Under the pieces are notes generated by a model. It ran no database searches. It was not told the DNA's origin and saw only the letters and a list, made by a program, of their open reading frames with translations. The translations under genes and the position numbers were made by a program. A stretch of 40,349 nt of DNA from contig NC_068987.1 of assembly GCF_001194135.2 (NCBI RefSeq), positions 52,202,490-52,242,838 of the forward strand, in the 5' to 3' direction. Below, in pieces: positions 23,346 through 34,980 of this stretch. Position 1 is the stretch's first letter, and the number at the start of each line of letters is the position of its first letter. Source of the stretch: Octopus bimaculoides (taxonomy: Eukaryota).

Positions 23346-24299
23346 ACTATTGTTATTATCATTATTACTATTTCCATTTATTATCAAAAGATTTTATTAA
23401 ATGTTCTTTATTTTCACTTGTTGTCGTGTGCTTGAGATAATCATAAATATGTGGTTCTAGAAGGAAATAGTTGGGAGAAGAGTAGCAACTTGGTAACTAG
23501 ATCAAAATCTACAGGTCTATAAATAGATTCGGCAGATGGTGGGGAGCTCAGCCATAGAGACAAATTGATATTCGCACCGTTTTGGTCAGCAGAGGTCAAA
23601 CGTTACCACTGAGAGCGTTGCACTTGTCCTTGAAAAGAAGCAATTCAACCTGTTCTATTTGTAATTACTGGTAGAAAAACAACAATTATGTATATATATA
23701 TATATATNNNNNNNNNNNNNNNNNNNNNNNNNNNNNNNNNNNNNNNNNNNNNNNNNNNNNNNNNNNNNNNNNNNNNNNNNNNNNNNNNNNNNNNNNNNNN
23801 NNNNNNNNNNNNNNNNNNNNNNNNNNNNNNNNNNNNNNNNNNNNNNNNNNNNNNNNNNNNNNNNNNNNNNNNNNNNNNNNNNNNNNNNNNNNNNNNNNNN
23901 NNNNNNNNNNNNNNNNNNNNNNNNNNNNNNNNNNNNNNNNNNNNNNNNNNNNNNNNNNNNNNNNNNNNNNNNNNNNNNNNNNNNNNNNNNNNNNNNNNNN
24001 NNNNNNNNNNNNNNNNNNNNNNNNNNNNNNNNNNNNNNNNNNNNNNNNNNNNNNNNNNNNNNNNNNNNNNNNNNNNNNNNNNNNNNNNNNNNNNNNNNNN
24101 NNNNNNNNNNNNNNNNNNNNNNNNNNNNNNNNNNNNNNNNNNNNNNNNNNNNNNNNNNNNNNNNNNNNNNNNNNNNNNNNNNNNNNNNNNNNNNNNNNNN
24201 NNNNNNNNNNNNNNNNNNNNNNNNNNNNNNNNTGTTTTCTTGAGATGTTCGTTTGTCTGTCCATTTGGAGAATACAGTAGTATTTCTGTAATGAAAATA

Positions 24300-24640
24300 T
24301 GTTAACATTTTCGAATAAACGAGGGTAATATATTCAGAGAAAGTTGTAGATATTGAAGATGTCCGATTTACTAAATATGGTCTTTTGTATGACCGCACAG
24401 AGAAAAATCGTAGTGGTCTTAGAATAAAAAGGAGGTTGTTTACATTTTCGAATACTCAGGGAGAAATGAAAGGATATAGGTATTCACAGAAGTTGTAGAT
24501 ATTAAAGTTTGATTTTTTTCCTTTTTTTAAGCTGATCGTTTGTGTGTTCGAAAGCTGTAGGTATGTAAGTTTCCTAACTCATCTTGAGGGAGATTTAAAA
24601 TATTCACGGGAAATTGTAGATATTGAAGTCTTTGGGAATA
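24300..24640. repeat. Degenerate internal repeat: TATTCA(C/G)(A/G)GA(A)AGTTGTAGATATT(G/A)AAG x3
   Basis: Copies at about 24331, 24481 and 24601; ACATTTTCGAATA at about 24306 and 24442. Confidence 0.75.
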
Positions 24641-25313
24641 GTAGGAGGAAGAGATATTCACTTTGTTGAATTTTTGAATTTCGGAATTTCTATTTCTTTT
24701 GGAATTTTGCTTTTCTTTTTAAAAGTATTGCTGTGGTTTACAGTTTTGTAGTTGTGCAGTATGTATATATTGGCCGGTGCTTACCTCCTTAATTTTCTTT
24801 TATCGGGCATTTAATTGTGTTGTTACAATAAAAGGCATGTTTACATATTCAGCTAATCAGGGAAAAAAGGAAAGATAAAATGTTCGCACAAAATTCGTGA
24901 TATTAAATTTCTTTTTTTTTTTTTTTTTTTTTTNNNNNNNNNNNNNNNNNNNNNNNNNNNNNNNNNNNNNNNNNNNNNNNNNNNNNNNNNNNNNNNNNNN
25001 NNNNNNNNNNNNNNNNNNNNNNNNNNNNNNNNNNNNNNNNNNNNNNNNNNNNNNNNNNNNNNNNNNNNNNNNNNNNNNNNNNNNNNNNNNNNNNNNNNNN
25101 NNNNNNNNNNNNNNNNNNNNNNNNNNNNNNNNNNNNNNNNNNNNNNNNNNNNNNNNNNNNNNNNNNNNNNNNNNNNNNNNNNNNNNNNNNNNNNNNNNNN
25201 NNNNNNNNNNNNNNNNNNNNNNNNNNNNNNNNNNNNNNNNNNNNNNNNNNNNNNNNNNNNNNNNNNNNNNNNNNNNNNNNNNNNNNNNNNNNNNNNNNNN
25301 NNNNNNNNNNNNN

Positions 25314-25347
<34 letters not shown>

Positions 25348-25499
25348 ACGTTTATAAACAGGGGATACTGATAATGCAGGCACATTCCCATAAACACATA
25401 CAGGGATATGTTCATGCGCAAAAAAAACACAACGAATAGGAATACAAACAGGCAGATCAGTAGTAAGGAGAGACACACAAAAAGAAAGAATTAAGCAAA

Positions 25500-25545
25500 G
25501 AACCACTGATGAGGTCACAGAAGTGTGACGAAAGAACTCTGCCGA
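25500..25545 (+). ncRNA. Hammerhead-like motif, second family (helix I degenerate)
   Basis: CUGAUGA(25506-12)-G-GUCACA-gaag-UGUGAC-GAAA(25530-33). Perfect 6-bp helix II and intact core; only 2 bp of helix I remain. Confidence 0.55.
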
Positions 25546-25854
25546 AATACAATTAATATAAAATAAAGCTGAAGCAAGTGAACACCAAATATATAGTGTG
25601 TGTTTTATTGGTTAAACTGGCAACATGACCCTCCCCAAATACAACAATCCACACGTCAAGGTCACTAGCCCCTATCGACACGCACACACATACTCTCACA
25701 CACGCACGCAGACCTTCGTTTTGTGATCAGCATTACTTTATTATTTCCCCTTCTTCCTAGCTCTTCTGTCTGACCACCTCTGTCCGGTCATCGCCATGAT
25801 TGACCGCTAGCTTGTAAAGTTTTCTTTTTTTATTGTCGCTGTTTATATTCTCGA

Positions 25855-25935
25855 GTTACTTTCTGCTGAAGAGCGTAGGCTAGAAACGTAAAAGACTTTC
25901 TCACCTTCGCGAGCGTTGAAATAATAATACTCCTG
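25855..25935 (+). ncRNA. Hammerhead-like motif, third family (A6 variant) within a pLTR-like repeat
   Basis: CUUU-CUGCUGA-A-GAGC-guag-GCUA-GAAA-C-GUA/AAAG: 4-bp helix I, ACGU palindrome, GUA site; second copy at 2600-2635 (minus). Confidence 0.55.
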
Positions 25936-25976
25936 TTTGTCGTTTACACACCTGTCTTCGTCTTTTTTTTTAATTC

Positions 25977-26036
<60 letters not shown>

Positions 26037-26294
26037 TATATATATGCATGTATAATACGTATGTTTATATATGTGTGTGTGTGAAAGTGTGTGTAAGTGT
26101 GTGCGTCTGTGTTTGTGTAAAAAATAATATAACAATATACAATACCGTGTAGGTAGTTATTTTTTATTTGGACGAATATATACATTAGGTGTCATGTTTT
26201 GCTGATTATTTCAAAAAAGCACATAAAATCTAGACGGTATAAAATTAGCTTAAAATAGAAGCTGATTCAAGTGTTGAAGTGGGCCGTTAATTGT

Positions 26295-26313
26295 CGAGAG
26301 AGTGTGAGAGAGA

Positions 26314-26400
<87 letters not shown>
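26295..26400. repeat. (GA)n/(GATA)n microsatellite
   Basis: Directly visible. Confidence 0.95.
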
Positions 26401-26403
<3 letters not shown>

Positions 26404-26701
26404 GAGAGAAAGCATAAAACAATTGATATATACTGAGATGGTTTCTCTTTACCACTTTATCCCTTTATTATCGCTAAATTGTAATTTTATTCTTCATTTC
26501 ATTTTACATTTTGTTTGGCTCTTACTTTCTTATAATCTGACGATTAAGGATCGTAATTTATAGTCAACCTGATCCCCCTTATTTTTCTATCTCTTTATTT
26601 CTCTATTTTAAATTTTCATTATAATTGTTTTTCGTCTGTCTCTATATATATGGTTTAGTTTTGTCTGTAAACTACTGAAAATAACACATCACATTTAGCA
26701 G

Positions 26702-26727
26702 GTTTTCTCACGTTGAGTGAAATGAAG
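26702..26727 (+). CDS. Candidate 26-nt micro-exon encoding (G)FLTLSEMK, EF-hand-loop-like
   Basis: Acceptor catttagcag| and donor AAG|gtagga. Phase 1 start inside a Gly codon; the peptide fits EF-hand loop positions 6-12 (G-x-L-T-x-x-E). Confidence 0.3.
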
Positions 26728-27070
26728 GTAGGATCTAAAGTGAGACTTATTTAAACAATGCACTGGAAAATATCATTTTACACCTTAAATGTATGATAAT
26801 AGTTACACAACATTACACCAATATGTTACAAGTGCAAAAGTTGTCGACACAAATGTAATAATTCAAAATGAAACGATGTCTTTCATTCCATTTTCTGTCA
26901 TTTATCTATTGATATAAATTGTATGGATACAATGGAATTCGTGTTGTATATTCAGTAGCAGGGTAATTCCCACTGTATGATAACATCAGGTTGCCAATAA
27001 GTATTGGACGAACTTTGTATAGTTTTATACTCGAATCTTGTTTAACTAATCATTACATACATACATACAT

Positions 27071-27117
<47 letters not shown>

Positions 27118-27140
27118 CACACACACACACACACACACAC

Positions 27141-27372
27141 ATTTATTTACATTATTTACATTCGACGGATATTTGTCCGCACTTTGCATGTTGTTAACAA
27201 GTTTCGGCTCATATACCCTCCAGCATTCATCAGGTGTCTTGAAGAAATTTCGTCCTTGGGTTCTCATTACCATTATTATTATTATTATTATTATTATTCA
27301 AATCACTGCCTGGAATCGAAATCGGAATCTTGGGTTTAGTAGCCCGCGCTCTTAACCACTACTCCATATGCC
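27141..27372 (-). mobile_element. Penelope-tail SINE-like element, copy 2: complete tRNA-like head + (AAT)n + hammerhead tail (mutated)
   Basis: Minus strand GGCATATGGAGTAGTGGTTAAGAGCGCGGGCTACTAAACCCAAGATTCCGATTTCGATTCCAGGCAGTGA. A box at 27356-27366, B box at 27312-27323, then (AAT)n, then GACAC-CTGATGA-A-TGCTG..GAGCC-GAAAC..GGACAAATATCCGTCGAATGTAAATAATGTAAATAA. Confidence 0.85.
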
Positions 27373-28199
27373 TACAGGCATATATATCTATCTATATATA
27401 TTTATATGTGTTTGTGCGTGTGTAATCTCTATTTGATTGTGCATTTATTCATGTGTGGTCACGTGGTTATATTGATGCAGATGAGTCCATTTAAGTTCTG
27501 TCTGTTCGAGAAGGGGATGCTAATGAGCAAAATTTCTTTCTATGGCTTTTTCGACAGTGCAGTTAGTACTTCGCCAATTATATTGACACTGTTAGAATGC
27601 GCAGGACATTCTACTCAAACGATAACATCATACATTACTTGCTTTTAACTCGCATGTCAGACTCTTTCATTATACTTCAGTCGACAAAGGAGATAGTTAA
27701 GGAAATGTTCTTTCCATGTCGTATGTAATGATCCATATATTTTACATATTTTTGGCATCGTTTCGAATTAATTCTGCTGAATTGTTTTTCAGTAACGAGC
27801 ATTAATCCATGGAATATTGGATAGCCCATATCTTAAATATATCATTGTAATTACAAACTTAAAATTCAGAGTTTTATCTTATTTTAAATCAGGCATTTGT
27901 ATAGATTGATATACCGTTGAATATTTATTTATGACATCACTTTTGTAACTTAACTTCCTTTCTAATGGCATTCTCCTAATTACTGTTACATTTGTGAATG
28001 TTTCTTTTATTGTTGTTGTTGCTGTTGCTGTTACCCTCCTCGTCAATATTCCCGCTGCTCGTTTTGGTTTTATTTATATATTGCCTAATACCAGTCCATA
28101 GCAAGTAGTTATATGTGAGGTAGCTGTAGGTGTCATGTCGCGGAAAGAAATGACAACATATAATGACGCCATCACTTATCCTCACTTTTTCCATGAGTT

Positions 28200-28700
28200 A
28201 CCGTAAATTCATTTTCCTAGCAATGAAAATAACCTTGCTACGTTTTTCTTTCAATGAATGATAGCTACTCGTTCTAATGTAATAGCTGAGTATACGTGAA
28301 TAATATGGTCTTCTGTACGGTTTATTGGTAGTCATGTGTATTGCATACAGGACATGTAAAATTTGTTTTATTTAATCAAATATTCGGGTTTGATGTAGTC
28401 CAAATGTAATTTTCTAACCTTGTTAGTTCTCCTTTGGCAATTCAGCATCGTACCTTATCTCATCCCTTGATAAATCTTCTCTTTACGTGTATCCTATAAA
28501 GGCTTCCATTATCGTAGATTTACTGGTATTTTTCCTGTTATACATTTGTGTCTACTAATCGAATGCATTTTCTTTCTGCAAATTCTCTTTGTTCCTTTAT
28601 TGCTGTCCCCATCGTGTAATGATATCTGCACATTAATAGTGTGTTTTCTCGAACATCTGTGTTATGATAACCTCATCCCACTTGTTACCACGACAAATAT
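28200..28700 (-). mobile_element. Old LINE ORF2 C-terminal fragment with CCHC-like zinc motif
   Basis: Fragmented translation ..ELTRLENYIW..NFTCPVCNTHD../RTEDHIIHVYSAI resembles CxxC..E(D/T)xxH(I/F)xxxC at the end of LINE ORF2; many stops. Confidence 0.4.
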
Positions 28701-28775
28701 AATCTTCAACTATTTAAACGTTGCATTGATTGTTTTACAATTCTTTGGGTGTCTTCTTAGATGTTTTGTTTCTAC

Positions 28776-28949
28776 ATACACACACACACACACACACACA
28801 TGCGCAAACGCACGCACACACACATAAACACACGCACACACATACAGGCATAGAAACACACAGAGACACAAGCACACAGGTGCAAACACACACACAAACA
28901 CATACAAACACACAGACACACACACAGACACCCACCCAGACATACACAC

Positions 28950-28984
<35 letters not shown>

Positions 28985-28990
28985 AACACG
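28776..28990. repeat. Imperfect (CA)n tract
   Basis: Directly visible; source of the poly-CV/HT ORFs. Confidence 0.95.
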
Positions 28991-31900
28991 CATATTCATG
29001 TATCGTAAAACCCAAAATTCAAAATACCTCTTCGATGTTCGCATTTGGTTGTTTGGAAAAAGTTTTCCAGTAAAAATATATAGACATTTTCTAAGTGTAA
29101 AGTATCATATGATGCCGTGATCATTTTCGGTATGATGTGTATTTTTCTTTTCTTTTCTGCTGAGAAAACGAGCCAAGGAGCAACGATTTCTTGGTAGTAT
29201 ATAGGATATATATAGTAACCTGCATGGAGTGAAACGCCTAAAATTTGCTATCAAAACCATGAGATATCTTAGTTATCTACAGGCGTTTCAACATTTTACA
29301 TTTTTAACTTAAGTTTCAACAATAAAAAATCAAATGAAATATTATAAGAGATGCATTTTCACCTCACATCGTTTGCACACAACAGAATATACGTATCATG
29401 AAAGGCAACAGCAATTTTGTGTTTATTATAGGCATTAATTCATATTATTGTTAGTTCCGTAGTCAAAATTCTGTTGTGTTACGTGCTAATAAATTTCCCT
29501 CCAATCATATGTTAAAATTATTCCTTCTGCATAATCTTACAGATCTATGTGAAATTGCGAAGCAGTTTTAAAATGTATACTTCATAAAGAAACACAGCAT
29601 TATCAAATAGGGTGGATAGTTACAAATTCATTTATAACTTCGGGCAGAATGCCTTGAAGTAGTTGTCGAAGCTTTTTACTTACCTAGTTCAAAAGCTGCC
29701 AAAGTTATCCCTGATTTTCATTATACTTGGCTCGATGGATAATTGTGGCCAAATGATTGACTGTTTGACAACATATTTCTGGTCTTCTGTCTGTGTTAGG
29801 AACAATTATTGAATATGTATTACTCTTCGTATTTCAGAAAGTCAATTAATCTGGATATGTTACTTTACTTCCAATAAAGCAAAATAAAAATAAAACATAT
29901 TCAATTAAAGTGGAGCGTGTATATGATATTATGGCAATGCTATTAGGGAAAACTCCGCTCTTTTTGTGTCCACTAAGAAAGTGTTTGTTGATGGCTGAAA
30001 GGAAATTCTTTGTAACACATTCTTGACAATGCAGTTAGTGTCAGAGTAATTATAGAATTTAAACATTATATCTCTAGTTTAGCTGTCTTACATCTTGATT
30101 CATAATGAATTCTATTGAAGAGATAACACTTACCGCAGCTACAATTTAACGTTCATGTCAAGCTATTTCATCACCTTCAGTTGACAACAGAGATAATTAT
30201 ACAAATGTTTCACATAGCCAAATTTTACTTATTCTCTGTTCCATATCACAAGCTCTGATATCATTTTGGCATCAATTCAATTCAATTTGCTGAATTGTGT
30301 TTCGCTATGGAGCATAAAATCAGAAAATATGGAATAGCGTACATGATTAATACAGGACGTCAATTAGTAATTTATTTTGCAGAGCCGGTTCATATTTTTC
30401 AAGATACACTAATGCAAAATAAGTTAACTTGAGATCATTAATCATCAACAATATCATCCTTTTAATGCTGGTGTTTATGTTGCTTTGACTTGGCTCAAAC
30501 AAGCAAGGCGCTGTTTAAAGTCATCCTAAACATAGCTCAACCCTCGTTTTGGAATAAAAATAACATATTAGGATCGAAACGTGCAGTGTATCTTCCCTTT
30601 ATTTAAGGGAGTAGTGTATGTATGATTAGAGGATAATTTGAATGCAGGTTTTAACAGTTGAGCAAGCACGTAGATTATATTATTGATAGTAAACGGGATC
30701 TCATCGTTTAGATATAGTATGTTACGTTCCTCTGTAAATAGCCCAAGAAGGTATAAAACATTCCTATGCATTGCAGTTTTTTTTTATAATATCAGGAATC
30801 TATTCATTATATTGTAACAGTATAACAATTCAAGGAAGCGACATACACTGAAAGAAAATATTTGTTTTAGTCAAGTTCTAAATATAATAAACTTTTTATA
30901 TGTATTATTGACCCTATGAATATATTGAGAGTAACAGATATAACTAACCTTAATATTTTTGTATAATATTACTAATTACAAAATGGGTATGAAGATATAG
31001 AATATCGTTAAGATACATGGAACCTAATCAATCTTTCGGTTTTATCGATAGCTATACCTGCAAATGGCAACTGAAATTGACAGAAGACTTGTTTTTTTCC
31101 AGTCGTCAAATGTCATTTCACATTTATCACTGATGTGTTAGCAGTGAGGAATCAAACGAAATATTATACAGAAGAAGCGTTCTCCTTATATACATTTGAC
31201 AATAAAACGTTATTCTCAACTTGATAAGCAACATTTATTTTCAGCTTCAAAACATATGTGAATTCAGTATGGATATGATGAGTATTATTCAGAAATACAA
31301 TTCCATTTAATTAGGTGCAAATAAATACATTATTCAACTTACAAAATGAAATAACATGGTTTCTTGAAAAGTGTACATAGTTTGATAGTGGTATGGAAGT
31401 TTTAGTCATATACATGGTAAAAAGGGATACATCGTTATTATATGTGGTATTATATTATTAATTTAATTCAGTATGAATATTATTTAATGTTTTATTTTGA
31501 TAAATCTTAAGAGTAAAATTGAAATTCAGTGTAGATTACGGTTGGAATATCCTTATTTTAGAAATCCATTTCGAGCGTGTCCTCTTGTAAATGTTTGGCT
31601 GTTGAGTGAGAGAATGTCTCGTAAACGAATAATTAACAGTGCTGTTAGTGTCTTTGTAATCACAACACTTTCCTCATGCATCGCAAATTTAGCTTTCTTA
31701 CATTATGGATACTCTTAAAATGATAAAGCATTTACAGTTGTTCATCTTCTCGCTTTCCACTTTGATGGCATGTCTTTTCATTAGATTCAGTTGACAAGAA
31801 AAAATAAACAATTACCTTTTAATACTGAAAATTACTTATTTCCTAGTACATATACAACAAATATAAACATTGTTTTGGCATCATTTCAATTTAATTTTGT

Positions 31901-33156
31901 TAGGCAATATTATGTTATTGGAATACAATATGAGGAACTGTTGAAATATTCTGTACAACCATACACGTTATATACAGATGTTTTATTACTTTTCTAAGTT
32001 TTTCATCAAAGCAATTAACCTTGCTGTGCACTTGGGTTTTTCTTTTCAATTTCGCGTGTCTACATATATAATAGTTTGCATACTATAATAATTTGTTCAT
32101 GTGCAAGCATGACTGTATTTGTTCTGACTACATTTACGGCATGTAACCTTTCTTTAATTTAATCTCTCCCTATATAACGTCTTTTATGCATCAAGTGATA
32201 GAATATAAGAATATTTTATGTGAAATGCAACGTCATATCCTGAGCGTTATAAACACGGATTATGTCTTTGTTTCCTTTTTCTTTTGTTTACAAATGAAAA
32301 TGGAGTATCTATGATAGTGGTAGTAGTTGCTGGCAACCTAATCAACTCTACGTGTTGTGAAATGAAGTGGCTTCAGTTAGTAATTGAACTAAGAAAAGAC
32401 ATGAATTTCCACTGGTTACCTCTTCTGTATATATAACACCGAACTGGAAACGTGAGAAATTAAATAACACAGTATAAAAGGAATAGCTCTTTCATCAGAT
32501 ACGTTTGAAGATAAAATGATACTCTCAACTTGAAAGCAACAATTAATTACTGTATATTATATACACAAATTCTTCTAAGAAATGATATGTATTATTGCTA
32601 TTTCCATAGACAAAATTCCGTTTGTGTTACTTATAAATATCAAATTTCCTGTGATACAGAAAGCTGCAATTATTACTTCTCTGTACAATTGCGCATTGAT
32701 TGACAGTTATATGGCAGTTTCAAAGATGTACTTAAGGCGCCAGGCCATCTCTATTAAGTATGGCTTAGCAATCTTACTTTAGGTTGTCCATTATTTCCAG
32801 ATATGTTCGCTAATTAATTCGAAGAAAGAAACTAGATGCTAATAAGAAATGCAATTAGAGTATACTTTATATAATACGATGTTTCTGCGTGGGGAACTCG
32901 TTTTATATAGTGGCCCCAAGCAAGCTGATACGTATGGGAACACTACACAAAAGATGCCAATGCTGCATAAAAGTTTTAATTAGTGAAAAGATAATTAAGA
33001 TATACGAAATCATAATTAGGATGTGATATAAATGAGAAGTAAATATTCATTATGCCAGTACGTATAAAATTCCTACCTCCAGGAACAATGAATATTTTAT
33101 ATTAGAAAATAATGTCCGCAGAAAACATATATTAACGCAAGCAAATACATAAGCAC

Positions 33157-33165
33157 AGACACACA

Positions 33166-33203
<38 letters not shown>

Positions 33204-33213
33204 NNNNNNNNNN

Positions 33214-33247
<34 letters not shown>

Positions 33248-33310
33248 CACACGCGTGCGCACACACACACACACACACACTCTCTCTCACACACAAACAC
33301 ACACACAGAT
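33157..33310. repeat. (CA)n tract spanning a small gap
   Basis: Directly visible. Confidence 0.95.
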
Positions 33311-33619
33311 ATGAATACTCGTTTATTATGGACTTCCGTAATCGCATGCTCAGTGATATACAGTAACCTCGGTCCAGCCCTGAGCGAAGTGTTCATAACC
33401 GCATTATAGTTCATGCACATGCGCGAACAGAGGTCACCTGCAATTTGAGTTTCTGCTTGGAAAACATTGCGTGTTCGAATATCGCTAAAATTTGTATTAC
33501 AGCTTATATTTCATTCTATTTTTTTTTCCAGTTTATATTATCCATTTAAGAATTTTTTAAATATTAAAAAAAAAAAATTAAATGTACGCTCCCTTAACAA
33601 CTGCTTTGCAATATTTCAT

Positions 33620-33815
33620 CGCATAAAGGAATCAAGCAAGCAGAATCGTCAGCACGCTGGGCAAAATGTCTAGTGACGTTTCGCCCACCTTCACGTTCCG
33701 AGCTCAAATTCCGCTCAGGGCAACTTTTTCTTTCAACATTTCGGGGTCGATAAAATAAGGACGACCTACCCCTCTCCCGCGAACTTGCTGGCCTTGTGTC
33801 ACGTTTTGTAACCAA
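33620..33815 (+). mobile_element. tRNA-derived SINE (family 2), degenerate
   Basis: GCAGAATCGTCAGCACGCTGGGCAAAATG..CCGAGCTCAAATTCCGC..TTTCGGGGTCGATAAAATAAG..TTGCTGGCCTTGTG. Confidence 0.75.
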
Positions 33816-34314
33816 TAGTTGATCTTATACTTGTCAGCTTTGCACTATATATTGCATACGTTGCTGGCGTTCAACTAACAGTTAATGTCATTCCTTGCCA
33901 TACTCACACATGTCTTGTCTTCATAGATTTCTTTCCTTATAACTTCCAGAAAATATTAAACATATATGTGCGCGCGAGCGTGTGTGCATATAAATTTGAC
34001 TATTATAAATATATCCTATAATCCAGGTGCTAGTTACTGAAATTTGTATATTTAACTAATTGAATGTCGTATGTTGAAGTTGGTAAAAGTTTTGCATATT
34101 TAAACTGTTCCCCTGACATATTCTATTTGAATGTGAATGCTGGCTTCTTGTATACTGTTAGAAATTGGGAGTCTTACTCATTGTTGGAGGAGAGAAGGAA
34201 GAACAAAACTAATGTAGAAAAAAGTGCGATAGAGTGAGAGCTAGAGATTGATTTAATAAGGGTACGCACATGCACAACAATTATGTATACACATACACAC
34301 ACATACACACAGAC

Positions 34315-34673
34315 AAATATATGTAAGAACTTTCTTTCCCAACTACATGGTTCCGGGTGCAGTCCCACTGCATGATACCTTGGACAAGTATCTTCTACTA
34401 TAGCCTCGGGTCGATCAAAGACTTATGCGTGGATTTGGTAGACGGAAACTGAAAGAAGACCGTCGTGTATATATATGATCGCTTTCCTGCCCACCATCTT
34501 AAAAACCGCTTAAAATCCGATGGTCACCGTAACTAGCGGTTTGACCAAAGGGACCGACAGAATAAGTCAAAGCTTACAAAGAATCAATCTTGGGGGTCGA
34601 TTCGTTCAACTAAAGCGGTACTCCAGCATGGCCGCTGTCAAATGAATGAAGCAAGTAAAAGAATAAAAGAATA
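34315..34673 (+). mobile_element. tRNA-derived SINE (family 1): body, short (TA)n and 3' tail
   Basis: TTCCCAACTACATGGTTCCGGGTGCAGTCCCACTG..TCTTCTACTATAGCCTCGGG..GGATTTGGTAGACGGAAACTGAAAGAAG, then GACCGACAGAATAAG..GGGGTCGATTCGTTCAACTAAAGCGGTACTCCAGCATGGCCGC..AAGTAAAAGAATAAAAGAATA. Confidence 0.85.
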
Positions 34674-34699
34674 TATGTATATACATACACATAGAGTTC

Positions 34700-34884
34700 T
34701 ATATTTAAGAGATGAGGAATTATGTACGTTATTTTCATTATTTACATTATCTACATTCGACGGATATTTGTCCTCATCTTGTTTGTTGATAATCACAACG
34801 TTTCGGGTGATATAACCTCCAGCATTCGTAAGGTGTGTTGGGGAAATTTCGAACATGGGTACTCATTTTTAAGGTATTTTTCGA

Positions 34885-34936
<52 letters not shown>

Positions 34937-34980
34937 GCTCAGGTGACCTGAACAACAACAACAACAACAATAATAATCAT
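34700..34980 (-). mobile_element. Penelope-tail SINE-like element, copy 3: tail with mutated hammerhead core + (AAT)n, fold-back at the head junction
   Basis: Same tail as copy 1, with the core mutated to CTTACGA. CAGGT-G-ACCTG palindrome at 34940-34950 followed by (AAC/AAT)n in the opposite orientation. Confidence 0.85.

Noticed and set aside
24330-24360. LRR-like LQYLQLSLN in one frame of the repeated motif
   Set aside because: The frame is interrupted by stops within a few codons and is not kept in the other repeat copies.
27297-27372. Genuine tRNA gene
   Set aside because: A and B boxes are present, but the acceptor stem and anticodon stem pair poorly and the sequence is fused to a repeat tail; SINE head.
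29678-30137. Perfect minus-strand donor sites (AG|GTAAGT at about 29683; CG|GTAAGT at 30133)
   Set aside because: Upstream sequence has stops close to the donor in all frames; they could be non-coding exons or chance matches, with no support.
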